A stretch of 62,151 bases of DNA, filler included, from Dugesia japonica (Eukaryota): the NCBI GenBank assembly GCA_001938525.1. It is 6 parts of 6 records of this genome, joined end to end, with 100 filler letters (N's around TTAATTAATTAA, not from the genome) between each part and the next. Parts side by side here need not be neighbours in the genome. Positions count along the whole stretch, not along the records: positions 43,786 to 52,942 come from MQRL01454829.1; positions 53,043 to 62,151 come from MQRL01426270.1; 4 more parts are not named here. The stretch is one strand, 5' to 3'. Every line of letters starts with the position of its first letter. The stretch's first letter is position 1. The notes beneath the pieces are model-generated. The model was not told the DNA's origin. It saw only the letters and a list, made by a program, of their open reading frames with translations, and made no database searches. Shown here one piece after another: positions 49,601-62,151 of this stretch. Position numbers and translations under genes: made by a program.

Positions 49601-52202
49601 ATTTTATGAGGCAATTTCAAGACACAAAATTTCTTCGAATTCAAAAAGCAAAGTTCCACAAAAGAATATTTCTAACAAAGAAATTTCATTGAATTTAATT
49701 TCATTAAATTCTCATGAATTATCAGAAAAAAAATCAAGTGAAAATTTTATCGATATTAATATGATTAGTAATTCTAATTCTTGTACAGATATCGATCAAC
49801 TATCCAATCTACAGACTCAAATTGATAATTCAAATATTGTAACAAATGATGATATTGATGTTCGTCTTTCAAACATAAAAATACCTCCTTTCTCAAAAAC
49901 TATTCTAAATCAATTTAAATCTGATTATAAAAACTCAAACGTTATCAGAAAATACAATTTAAGAAAGAATAGCATTTCAATTAAGCGTGAAAATGAACAC
50001 TTTATAGAACACAACTCTTATGTGAAAATTCAAAGAAGTAAAAATAATTATGTCCAAAATATGTCAGAGATTAATAAAAAAGATACTTTAAAAAGTAATA
50101 GTAAACTTAATCAATTTAAGAGAATGAGGAAATTCAGAAAAACCAAACTCCTGCAATACAATATTAACAATGCTATGATAAAAAATAATGCAGATGAATA
50201 TGAAAACATAGATTTCCATTTAGCTTTCTTTGAAAATAAAGCTATAATTATTGAATCTGTGATAGAGAATTTTTTATATCCAACGGTTAACGTTAATGTC
50301 TGCCAGACTGCAAATTTTGTGGAAAATAAGCGTTACGCTTATAATCACACCTCAGAGTTTATTAATAAAAAGTTTTATCCAGTTCGAAAAATTAATAAAA
50401 AACTGAGAATTTACAGTGGCTTAGAATCAAACGTGAAAAACGACAATATAAAATATGCATCTTTGATAGATATGAGTCTAAACGATTTTCCTTGTAGATT
50501 TCAATGTTGCAGTCAATTTGCAAAAGTTATAAAACCTAGCAATATATTGATTAATACTTCGATGTATAATCAGTTTATTCCAGATTCTTATAGTGCCACT
50601 ATTGAAATTCAGAGTTTTAATAATACTGATGAACCGATTTCAGATACAGATGATATTGAAAGTTTAGATGCTCCGTTAGTTATCGTTGAAATAGATGAAA
50701 TTTCTGATCACAGCAGTCATATAAAAAGGAAAGAATATGATAATTTAATTGATAGTAACTTAAGCGAAAATAAAAATTTATCAAATATGTCGAATCAATC
50801 AAAAAATTTTGAGAAACCAATTGTAAAGAAACAAAATGAAGTATCAGATTTTCAAAAAACATATTCCTTAAGAACCAAATGCCGACAAAAAACTAATTTT
50901 GTAAAACGGAAAGAAAAAATAAAAAGACCATTATTTAATCGATTGTGCAAAAAATCAGAAATACATCATGATATTAATTTAGAGAATGATAATGATCTTA
51001 TAAATAATATTAAATTAAAAACGCCAATTTGTTCTATTGAAAAACTATCCCATAATGATATAATTGCTAATTTAAGTGTATCGTCTAATTCAGTTAACAG
51101 TGATATGATTAATAACAAAGAGGAAATTGATTCAAATTTAGAAAATTCATTCAGAAATAATTTTAAGACCTCTGCGATTGATGTTATAAATTCAATTAAT
51201 TTAAAAGAAATTGAAAGAAATGTTTTTAAAAAATTAAAAGGGTCTATTTTGAAGAAGATTAAAACTAAAGTTAATGTTTACAAAATTATAAAAAAATCTT
51301 TATGGAGAAAAAGTGTTCACAGAATTTTCAAGAATAAATTAAAATCTAAATCTAAAATTATTTTGAATTGTTATAGAAATTATTCTGGCAAATTAGATAA
51401 AAATGTCAAATTATTAAAAGATAGTATTACGCATCTAGTTTTACAATCTAAAGATTACAATGAAAATCTTGATAATGATGATAATGAATCCATTAATGTT
51501 GAAAATGATTCTCCAAATCATGAATTTAACACGTATTTAGATTCGAATAACGTTGAAACTTTTTCTAGGAATTATGGTTCATTTTCATTAAAAATTAAAG
51601 TTCAAAAAAAAGATCCTGATCAATTAGAAGAATCAACGAATATTAAAAAACATAAAAAAAATTCGAAAAAGCGTAAGAAACTGAGGCATTTTCTTAGTAG
51701 TATAATTGGATCTGATGATATAACTTATAAAATGAATTCTTCTGAAGAATATGAAAAACTAGCTGAACTTAATAATGAAATAAAACGCAAAAATAGAAAA
51801 AGGAAATACTCTTTAAATCATGATACAGTTTGTTCTGATGTTTATAATACTAATCAAGATTTAAGAAATTATTTAAATCAAGAAATATCTCATTTAACCT
51901 CAGAATCTCGATCTAATGATGATTCTCAATATCAGAAACCGATTAAAATTAAACTTTTTAAATCAACTAATGAAGACTTGTCAAAGTTAGAAGGTAGTTC
52001 TTTTCATTCTGAAAAAATTGTTTTCTCTCTTCAAAAATCTGATGATAACAATAAAAATGAATTTGGAAAAACTGCTAATCAAAAAATTTTGCAAATAATT
52101 CAAAATATGCCTTCTAAACCATGTAGACAAGCAGCTAATTTAGCAAAAAAGAAAATCTTTTCTACTGCTAAAGAAGATCGACGGAGTCAAAATGCTACCT
52201 TG
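46686..52202 (+). CDS. Host gene exon 3: 5.5-kb exon encoding an Asn/Ser/Lys-rich low-complexity region; the gene probably continues past the contig
   Basis: Uninterrupted 1841-aa frame; TTTAG acceptor in phase 0 and TTG|GTAAGC donor at 52203; repeated IAPK motifs and basic NLS-like clusters; no domain recognised. Confidence 0.9.
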
Positions 52203-52675
52203 GTAAGCTTTATTAAAATAATTTAATTCGCTTTTAAAGTTTTCTATCACACTTACTTAATTTGAAATGGTATTGCTTAAAAGAATTTAATTTTATATAA
52301 TTACAAATAATTGGAAAAGTTTAATTTATTTTTAAACTTTTATTAGCTGGTAAAGGAAAATTTTATACATATGCTTTAAATATCGCTAGGTATTTAAAGA
52401 AATTGCTTTACTTATAAATACCTATTTTTAGGAAAATAATCCGAATACTTTTCAATATCAAAACGATTAATTTCACACATTTTATTTGGTTGTTTGGAAA
52501 GTAATTTCGCTTTTTGTGTCCATGTTTTATTCTTAATTTAAAGCACCAAAGACAGTTTGAACTTATTAAATTAAAAATTAAAAAATACTCATTACAACAA
52601 TTTACAAATCTATTTTGATTTAAAGGTAAATTTGTTTTAATATATCAAATTATTTTTAGGTGGGATATTTGACAA

Positions 52676-52835
52676 GGATGACGAGAAAATGCATTTTCGA
52701 CATGTTCTATTATTTTGTTAGCGAAAAATTATAAATGCCGCACATGTAAGAAGAAAATTATTTCTGGCGTACAGAGAATTTGCGATAACTGAATTTGGTT
52801 CGTTAGGTTTCGTTCGGGAAATTTCGAACTTTCTT
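52676..52835 (+). mobile_element. Mariner transposase N-terminal (HTH) fragment
   Basis: EKMHFRHVLLF...NAAHVRRKLFLAY...WFVRFRSGNFEL. Confidence 0.75.
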
Positions 52836-52942
52836 TCTTTCTCGGGAATGGTAAATTTGGGTTGAATTTTAATGAAGTTCATGTGAAAAGTCGAATTTGT
52901 TTAAATTTTCAATTTTTTTAAAAACTTTCCATGGGATTTTTT

Positions 52943-53042
52943 NNNNNNNNNNNNNNNNNNNNNNNNNNNNNNNNNNNNNNNNNNNNTTAATTAATTAANN
53001 NNNNNNNNNNNNNNNNNNNNNNNNNNNNNNNNNNNNNNNNNN
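52943..53042. other. Artificial contig linker
   Basis: Same N44-TTAATTAATTAA-N44 spacer. Confidence 0.95.
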
Positions 53043-53083
53043 TTGATGATCTGTCTTGAGATTCTGCATGTTATGTTTATTTT

Positions 53084-55100
53084 ATGTGTTATGTGTGGTT
53101 TATAAACTCAACAAATCAAAAAAGAAATTTAGCAGAACAAGAACGAGTGCTAATAAAAGATTATATAGACGAAATGGGAATGGAATCTAACAGCACCACA
53201 AGAACGAATACGAGTACAAACGGCATACAATCAATGTTAATGATATTAATGATAATGCTCTTAATTGACCGAGGTGCAGCGATAAAAGCATATGATTCCG
53301 ACAAGATGGATATTGGAGAAACAGTGTACTCACTATTGGACGTGGACGAATGTACAGAAGCGAATACAGAGAAATTAGAACCAGTTCGAAAGGCAATACC
53401 ATATTTTGTTTATCAGGAATCAGATTATTACAGGACAAAGGTGAGAGAATGTAGAGTTAAAATGACAGCTTTTGTGTATTATTGCGAAACGAGAAGTTAT
53501 ACAGCAATCATTGAAACTGGGAAAGAGGTAAGGCAAATTTATCTAACAGGAGAACAATGCGAAGAAGAATTCGTAACCGGGAAGATACGTTAATAGTTAA
53601 CGCAAAAATCGGACAGATTATACAAACTAGAATCTTTGCAGCAGGAAGTATCTCGGACAAACATGGAACATGTACTCGGGGTATCTATACCGTAAAAGCA
53701 GTAGTCACCAGTTATGTAGTAGCCATAAAAAGCCATCGAGTAGAATTAAAAGAATATGACGCATTCTTCGATACTAAAAGACAAATGATGAAAATGTATA
53801 CAATGTGCAAAGCATCAGATCTTTCATGCGATACGGGGATGTCAACTTTATATAACGTTAATCATCAAGAATGTGCAATGACATTTCTCATAGAAACAGC
53901 CTTCGACGAATATCACGGGGAAAAGGTAGAAAAAGATAAAGTGGACAAGATGCCAGATGTAGGGCATGTAGATGAAGCTAAGCTGCCAAAAACAAGCGAA
54001 ACTCGCTGGGTAGACACACCAGTAGTATTAATGTCAACCGACAAAAACGATATTATTAGATTAATATGAAAGAAAACAAGGTCGAAATGTGGGGAACTGG
54101 TATATGAAAGAAATTATAAAGGCATATGGGTGTCAAAAACTAGATTTGGAAAAGCTAAAGCAGGAATTATACCAGCAGATACGAAGTTGCATCTATATAT
54201 TAATGACAAAGTTGACTATTTGTTTCATCAATGGAGAAAATGTACCATGATCTTGTTTGGAACAATTATATGTTAAATAAAGAAATACTAAGGACAAGAT
54301 TGGCGACAGCAATAACGAATTTAGGTAATGTATCACCATTATTACCAATAGAAGAAGGAAAATTTGGACGAGTTGTGGGAGAGGTTATGTTCATATACCG
54401 ATGCAAAAAAGTAGACGCAGCGCTGATCCCGAAAGGAAAGAAATCCTAGAATGAAATGAAAATTTTACATTAACAAGAAAGAAGATTTGTGGAGCCCATC
54501 ACCAGAATAATATTGCTGAAGGGATTCATTCCGAATGTGATAAACTGTTCAAACCTATTTGGACCTTATTTTAAACTACCAAATAATAAATGGGTGCGAT
54601 TTCCAAAAAGACTCCCAGTGACTGAGGTCAAGAATTTTTCACGATTACAGCTAAAAAGTGGAGCAAAATTTACACCCTTAAATGTAGCCTAAGGTGGAAT
54701 TGACCAGCAAGAAGACTTAGATAGAGCAAGAAAACATATGTTATTTCATTTAAAGAGGATGCAAATTCTATCGAATCTTATAAATAGCCGGAGAAGGATT
54801 CACATCAAACGGCAAACCGAACTATGAATGAGTATTATCACAAGATCACTTTCAGATGGCAACAGTAAATTTGATGAAGAAAATGTGGGGTCGATTTATA
54901 GTTTTTGGACAAACAATGGCAGGATTTTTATGAATAATATTCATAGTACAAATAGTAGTAATACAACTACTAGCGTGTTTCGATTAATATAAGAAAGAAA
55001 GAAAGTTATCTTGGTCAATGATGATGGGATAGTTTCTGGCTTGGGCAAAATCAGTAGTATTAAGTAGTCATTCAAACGATCTGCATGACACATGGAGATT
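53084..55100 (+). pseudogene. Chuvirus-like envelope glycoprotein, frameshifted; probably the env of an LTR element or an endogenous viral element
   Basis: Signal-like LMILMIMLLI; AYD...SLLDVDEC...ECRVK...VYYC; YINDKVDYL; GRVVGEVMFIYRCKKV; EPITRII...CSNLFGPYF; GGI..QEDLDRARKHMLF; WGRFIVFGQTMAGFL transmembrane region; motif order is collinear with chuviral G. Confidence 0.8.
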
Positions 55101-55416
55101 ACTGCGATATGGAGATCTAGTATTAGTAAATACACCGACAATCGATATTGGCAAAACAGACAAATTAAAGAGACTAAACAAAGGACCTTACTTGGTATTG
55201 GAAACAACGGCAACAAATTTAATGTTAAAAGAGTTGTGAAACCATTAAAGAAACCTAGCATTGTTCATGTATCTAGGTGTAGCAGCCAATGAAACCAAAA
55301 TAAACAAAAAAAACGACATAGAAGTGGAATCCAAAACGAATAAAGTAAAATGAGTTCGATTTAAAATGGATAAACTAAAGGAACAGGAAAGATATCTAAT
55401 TAGATCAAGAGATTAA

Positions 55417-57050
55417 GTGATGATGATAAAAACGAAGTCAATAGATGCAAGTATAGTTAGTATAACTAATAAGAACACAGTGAAAATTTCGCGTGAAAAA
55501 GATGAGCAGTGTCATGATAAATTAAAATTAGAAGTTCCGTGTAAAGATAATAAGTGTTATAAAATATGCAAAGAAACACGTCTAGAAACAGTACCAATAA
55601 TAAAGAATCAATTGCTAAAGATGTGTTATCAATGTTTAAGAACGACACAGATAAAATCGCACGTGTGGATAGAGAATTTAATCGAGTATCATTGCAAGTG
55701 TGAAGAGAAAAAACCGATATTGAAAGATCAGCATGTAAACAATGTATGGAAGTGGTAATAAAATTAAACATGTCCAAGGAGAAATATAGACAATGGTGTA
55801 TTAATTGTATAACAAATGCGAGACAAATAATGAGTAGTGAAATTAGATGTGTCTTCAATAATTTAACAGGCTTATCAGCAGCAAAACCACTAAGAGTAAA
55901 TATTGAACTAATAACTGAAGAGATTATGAGAAAATTTCAGCTAAATAATGATCTAACTAAAATTGAAAATAGACGAGATATACTTAATAAATATTATCAT
56001 TCAGTGGAAATCGGATTAATTCAAGAGAATCGAATATGCGACTATCTAAGATCTGGATGATATAGAACGAAAAGACACGGATTGGCAGATAACTGGAAAA
56101 CATTGTGTAAACCGCGTTTTACGAATATCACAGAGAATTATAATGAGACAGCAAGAAAGATGGACATTTAATAAATCAAATCGAATCGAAATTGAGCGAA
56201 GCAAGGAAGCCCATTCCCCATGGAACTTAGAAGGAAATTGTAAAAACTTCAGACCTACGAAATGTCCAATTGACGTGACAAAAACAAAGAAATTATAAGG
56301 AAGCTGTCAAATTAATCTACGTAAAGAGATTCAGACATCATGAGTCAAAATAGAACAAAAGAAATGGAAACTAACGGAAAACCAGACTCAAAGTGAAATT
56401 AGATACAATTATTATAATAGAAATCGAATAGAAACCAAGATCGTAATATCTGAAAACAAGTTGAAAGAGATATGTCTAAAATGTATAATTATAATGGGAC
56501 TACAATTGAAAGAAGCTAAAGAGAAAATATGGGATATTATAGATATGAATCAAGAACAGTCAGAAGCTAAGAAGTGTAATTGATGTGTATCAAAAAACCG
56601 ACTAAATGTCCAATTGTAGCGGAAAACTTAGAGAATTTATATAATAAATGTTTCCAAAAGAGAGAAATCGAGTTGAAAGACACACTAATTATAATAGCAC
56701 GAAAGAGACGTTGGTTGATGAACCATCCGGTACCAGATAATCAAGGACACCTCAGATGTAAATCAGAAGATAAAGTGAATTACCAATACCAAATACCATG
56801 TTCAAGAAATTATGTTTATGTTACGAGAACGATTGCGTGTGAGTCGTCGGAGAGAACTCACACTCATCGCGAACAACCGAATGTTTGTCGAGATAATCAA
56901 ATATTATGCAGATCGANAAGCATCCGTCCTCGCCAACGTAAAGACATTGTGAAAGGAATATGAGATGAAGAACAAAAGTGACNATGAATGTGTGATTACC
57001 GAGGAAACAATCTTCAGGTCCCCATGAATTATATCAAAATAAATGTGTAA
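55417..57050 (+). pseudogene. Fragmented Cys-rich ORFs of unknown function downstream of the glycoprotein
   Basis: Same-strand, purine-rich ORFs 55417-55758, 55746-56060 and 56580-56963 with CxxC motifs. Confidence 0.45.
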
Positions 57051-58289
57051 TTATTATCGGATTCTCTTCATTGTTTAAGGAATAAATAGAATCAAATTAA
57101 TAAGATCAATAACAACTAAGACTTTCTTAAAGACAGGATACCGCATAGTCCCGCATAGACTCGGAGTGGATAGAGCAACACAAGGAGTGTTGCCAAATTT
57201 CTGCCGACTCCATGTTATCTGCCCCTAGAAGATAATGAAATAAAAAGAATGCCAAGAAAGAAGTACCAAGAGTTACAAGAGAAGTTATAAAACATCAAAA
57301 CCTCGGAGCTCAACATAATTATTATTTTTATTATTAATATTATTATCAAAACTAAAACCTAATAAGTAATATCGGTTTATGTATGTATACATGTATGAAT
57401 TTGATTGGGTAATAAAAGTAAAACATGTATATAATCTGATTGGTTAATTCTTTATTTTCATCATCTGATTATGCTTCTTTTTTTTTGTTTGCTACTTGGT
57501 TCCCTGCGTACACCTTAGCAACCCTGCTTGCTTTTTGGTTTTCATGGTTTTAGTTTTCTTTTACATACCTAATTATCAGCTACATTGTTAGAAAATAAGA
57601 GTTTAACATAGAAAATTCTTGATTCATCATTAAAACTACTTGATCTCAACATTTAAAATTTAGGTTTAATGGGAAACATATGTTTAATGGCAAATATGGG
57701 TTTTATCATTGAATATAAAACAATTAAACCATATATATTCAATAAACCAATTGTTGTAACTAGATATCACTAGGATATATTAATATTTCCAACACTTAGA
57801 CCAATACAGGGACAAGTAAGTAATACCTATTCAATTATTTCTTATCTAAATTGGGTTTCACTTCATTCTTAGTAAGTTTTTTAAAATAACCTGAAATTTT
57901 ATAGTAGTTGATAAAGATTTTATGAAATTACATAGTAGTTGATAGAAATCATTTGAAATTGCATAGTAGTCACAAACTATTTTATGAATTTTTATAGAAG
58001 TATCAAAACATTTTATTAATTTGTATAGACTTATGCAAGATAAATGTACAATATGGTGTATTACATACATAGTATGAATCCATTACATGTACAGTATGAC
58101 TGCAATACAAATGCAAGATTAGCGCAATATTAATACTACTCATGTGGCATTATAGCATCATTTAAGGAAAGGAATACATGAAAAATAATGGTTTCATAAC
58201 AAGTTTCATGACCCACTGATTCTTTCATTTAGTTACTTAGTAAAACATATTGATTTCAAATGCTAATATTCTCGAGTAGAGTATTTAAA

Positions 58290-58450
58290 CATGTACAACG
58301 CTCACTATCAACATCTATATCAAGACAATTCTCGCTATCAACAGCTCTTATCATACACAATACCCACTATCATCAATTATTAACATATACAATTTTCACT
58401 ATCATCAAGTATTAACATACACAATACTCATTATCATCATTTACATATTG
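58290..58450. repeat. ~28-bp minisatellite
   Basis: Units resembling CATACACAATACTCACTATCAACA. Confidence 0.7.
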
Positions 58451-61400
58451 ATCATTCAGTTAATGGCTTAATATTTTCATCAATTATCCCATATAGTCAG
58501 GTCTAAACTTAACCTTTAATCTATACTTTACAACCAATGAACACAAATAACCTGTCAATTATACACATCTTTTCACTTAATATAGAAATTTTCTTTAAAA
58601 ATAGACCCTCTAATTAATTTATTTACCCATTAATTATCTAATTTTAACATAAATTTATTCAATCATTAAAATTCTAACCAATTATTCATATTATCAACCT
58701 TTCAAATTAATTAATTAAATCCTGAAATTAAAATTTTATTCAATCAAAGTAAAATAATTAATTCAAACTTNNNNNNNNNNNNNNNNNNNNNNNNNNNNNN
58801 NNNNACAATCAGGGAAGAGTGAAGATCAGCAAAAAGTAGATTAAAACCATTGATGACTGAATACTAGTGTATAGTGCATTGAGTATTGATGATTGAAATG
58901 CAGTGCACAATGATCATAGCTTTGATAACTGAGAACCAGTGAGGTGTGAAAAAAGATCCATAAAGGATAAATTATCATATAAAGAAGTCGAAACGAGAAA
59001 AAACTAGACCTGATTGGATATAAATTTACCATTTATTTTAAACGTGGAATGAACACACTGGTGTTGTTTTAATTCTAAAAAAATGGAGATAGTAAATAAA
59101 AAACAGGATGAGCTCGCACGGCGTACAGAGGACATCTTTGTCAACAAAATAAATTTTCTTATACAATATAGCGAATTTGTCTGCTCGACTCAAAATAGAG
59201 AGCTGATTCCTTTGGAACAGCAAGAATGATGAGGCCGCATTTGACTTCTCAAACGATGAGCCAACCCATAAGCTTAACCTTGAGGCTATTAATTTTATGT
59301 AAATAAATGTTTTTAAATTATATGTTTTGTCTCCGTCAATTTAAATATAGAGTGGGGAAATCTTGAACACGAATGAAAGGTGTACGAGTATGCACTCCAA
59401 ATAAGCGTTGGAAGTCAACGACTCTGCACTGAAAGCCTAAATCAGGGACTTTAGGTTAAATTATTCGCATGGTCCACTGAGNGCTGTCTTTTTCCTCAGC
59501 CATCATTTTTCCTTTTGTCACCCACTCAGGTGGAACCCCAACAGTATTATAATTAGTAGAAAATATGTAAAATATTATTAGAAAGAATATTATTATTTAT
59601 TTTTTTGGGACAAAACAAATCAAACTTTTGATGCAAATCACACCCAAAATAATAATCAAAAGTATAAAACCACCGAAGTAGTGAAAGTAAAAAAATCGCA
59701 ATGTAAATTACAAGCAATCAGGAAAACAAAGAAAAAAATCTGCAAAAATTATTATCGATTTATATCAAAAGGGAGATCAATTGAGAGGAAAACATAATAT
59801 TTCCCAGAAATTAATTGTAAATTCTAAACAGTACAATTGATTCGAAAGTAATTCAAACAATATTTGAAATATTGAAGAAAATATTAATGAAATAATTGAA
59901 TTTGTAGAAAAACAGAAATAATTTAGAATAAATGAAGTCAAATTATTATAATTTGACTGGAATTTAAAATTAATTTAACCAACAGAAAAATAAAATTACG
60001 CTAAAATAAGTATAAATACCCCAGGAAAAACTAGAAAAAAATCTCTATCTCCGTGAAAATTCGAGATCGATCTTCAATTTACCTAAGCGAAGAATAGAAA
60101 TCTTTCTACTAAAAAAATCAGAAATTGATCTAAGTCGCAAAGACGAAACCATTACCAACATTAATTGGTCACTCAAAACAATCATTACTGCAGAAAATCC
60201 CTAAGAGAACTTTCAAAAAATCAAATAATTCTCATGGTCAAGTTAAAGTAAAAATAGGTCAAATTAACCTTTCCAAAAAATCAAATCGCTATCATCTTAA
60301 AGTAATCGAAATATATCAGTCAAATTATCTATTCCGTCATTAGAAAATTACAAATTCGTGTAAAAAACAGCAGTCAATTCTCCAAAAACAAAAATTCCCG
60401 ATTCAACTGAGAGAATGGTATTTATTATAGATTCTCCCTCGGTATTATCTACTAGTTATTTCAGTGCCAGAAAATCAGTAGCTTCATACAAGAATCTTGT
60501 GCAATTTGTTAATATTCCTTCGCAGTAAATCCGCAATTAAATTAACAGAGAAAACCAGTTATCAGTTTGTGTGTCAAATAACTTCAATATTCTCTCACAG
60601 AAAATTTGTGTATAAATTATTAATTCGTATGTTTAAATCCTCAGAAAAATTACTATATTTCTTCACCCAATTTATATCAGAATAATTCTCTTACATTGTT
60701 TTTTTCTACTAATTCATTTGCAGGAACAGAGAAAGGAATGAAGAAAGCTTATCGATAGATTTCCAATTGGAATTATTGTAACATTTACTCGTGGAGAAAA
60801 TTCTACAATTTTAAAAGTTCATGTGCAAAAACCAGTTATAAATTTCTACCCAAAGTGAATTTCTTTCACTTTTTTTATTCAGTAAAATTTTTCAATCGAC
60901 AATTCAATTCCCATTTCAACGAGTGGATAAAATAATCTGCGATATTTGCGGTAAAAATCTGTCTAAAAAAGTCAATTCCTGACGAAGACAATGTCGAAAT
61001 ATAGAATTATTATGAAAAACCAAAAAAACTAATTTTTATCGAAGCTTTTATTTTAATGAAATAATAATAAAAATAATAATAATACCTATAAAAATAATAA
61101 AAAAAACTTTTTGGACATTGGAAATTCTTGGGTAATTATTTTTTTTATTTTTAATACAATAAAAGCCTTTAGAATTCAATAGTTTATAAATATTACTAAA
61201 TAATAATTTTTAATGTAATACTGTATGAATCAATTTCAAAAATTAAAGTAAATCTAAAAGAATTTATTTATTGAATTTCTGTAAATAACATTTATCTGAT
61301 TTGTATTCTACTATCCGGGATCTGATTTTCCTTCTCAGTATTCTTGGCATTTTTTTCAAGTCAGTGTGATGTATTATTAATCTTTGAATTAAAATACATT

Positions 61401-62151
61401 TAATCCTGTTATGTGATATTTTAGGTGTGCAAATACTTCTATTATTGAAGCAAGAAACTCTCCGCGACTTGATAGAACAAAGCTCGTCATTCTACATATA
61501 AAATTTACTAATTTAATTTATTCCAAAAATGCAATAATTATGTAAAATTTTCCAATTATAGTAAGCCTGGCCAACTCAGCTCTGCATGTGTATTCAGAAC
61601 CTTAGTTACTTTTCACGTTTACCACGCTTTCTAGGCAATTTTTAAATTTTTATCCGCTAAAAAAATTTGACGCAGTGAAAATTAGAAAAATAAAAATACT
61701 TGTACAAATAAATCTGTCAAAAATGTGATTTAAATTACACATCAAATTATTATAATGTAAACCATATTTTGGCACTGATTTAGTATTATTTATTTTTAGT
61801 ATGTATGGAGAAATACAACAATTAAAAAAATAGTAATAAATAATACTTGTCGTTAGGCAAATGCTGGTCTGTGTTAGTGTGTTTAGACGAGCATTGCGCT
61901 TAAATTTTATTCAGATCCAAATATAAATAATTAAAAACTGTTATATATATTCAAAATCTACCTTTTTAAAGTTTTTTAAGTTATTACTTTTATTTAAAAT
62001 TATTCAATTTAAAATGCGTTCAAGACTTTCATTTTTTATATTTCAATTTTTTGTCACTTATTTTTTGAAAAAAAGTCAAACAAATTTATGTAGAAAAGTC
62101 AATTCACATTTATGACAATTTGTCTCTCATTCTTGTTTCTTAAAATACATT

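Noticed and set aside
52660-52734. Possible fourth exon of the large host gene (TTTTTAG|GTG...)
   Set aside because: The sequence is better explained as a mariner transposase fragment; exonisation cannot be shown without transcripts
58805-59545. Possible 3' end of an LTR element (PPT-like AGAGTGGGGAAA near 59348, ending CCCCAACA)
   Set aside because: No protein motif or paired LTR supports it
61300-61700. Faint piggyBac-like transposase traces on the minus strand
   Set aside because: Too degenerate to support

Overview
Very AT-rich eukaryotic (animal) genomic DNA. The repeat content is consistent with a planarian-like flatworm, but that is inference only. The window is not one contiguous locus: five 100-bp artificial linkers (44 N + TTAATTAATTAA + 44 N) join six unrelated segments of about 9-12 kb, so adjacency across linkers means nothing. 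Most of the sequence is decayed mobile DNA: five Ty3/Gypsy remnants, three Polinton/Maverick (adintovirus-like) protein-primed DNA polymerase remnants, two Polinton major-capsid fragments, a NeSL/R2-like non-LTR element with a Ulp1 protease, a chuvirus-like envelope glycoprotein pseudogene, hAT and mariner remnants, and a Penelope-type minimal hammerhead ribozyme. Host sequence is limited to one cadherin-domain exon and one intact spliced gene with a 5.5-kb exon. The leading candidates for something new are: (1) a minimal intronless TATA-binding-protein (TBP)-like gene seen twice, each time beside Polinton genes; (2) a family of inverted-repeat cassettes ending in AGTAA, three of which sit in tandem as a 2.2-kb insertion that splits a Gypsy protease cleanly and carries a capsid fragment; (3) the chuvirus-like env with unknown Cys-rich genes downstream. 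All family assignments come from motif recognition by eye; no database searches were run.
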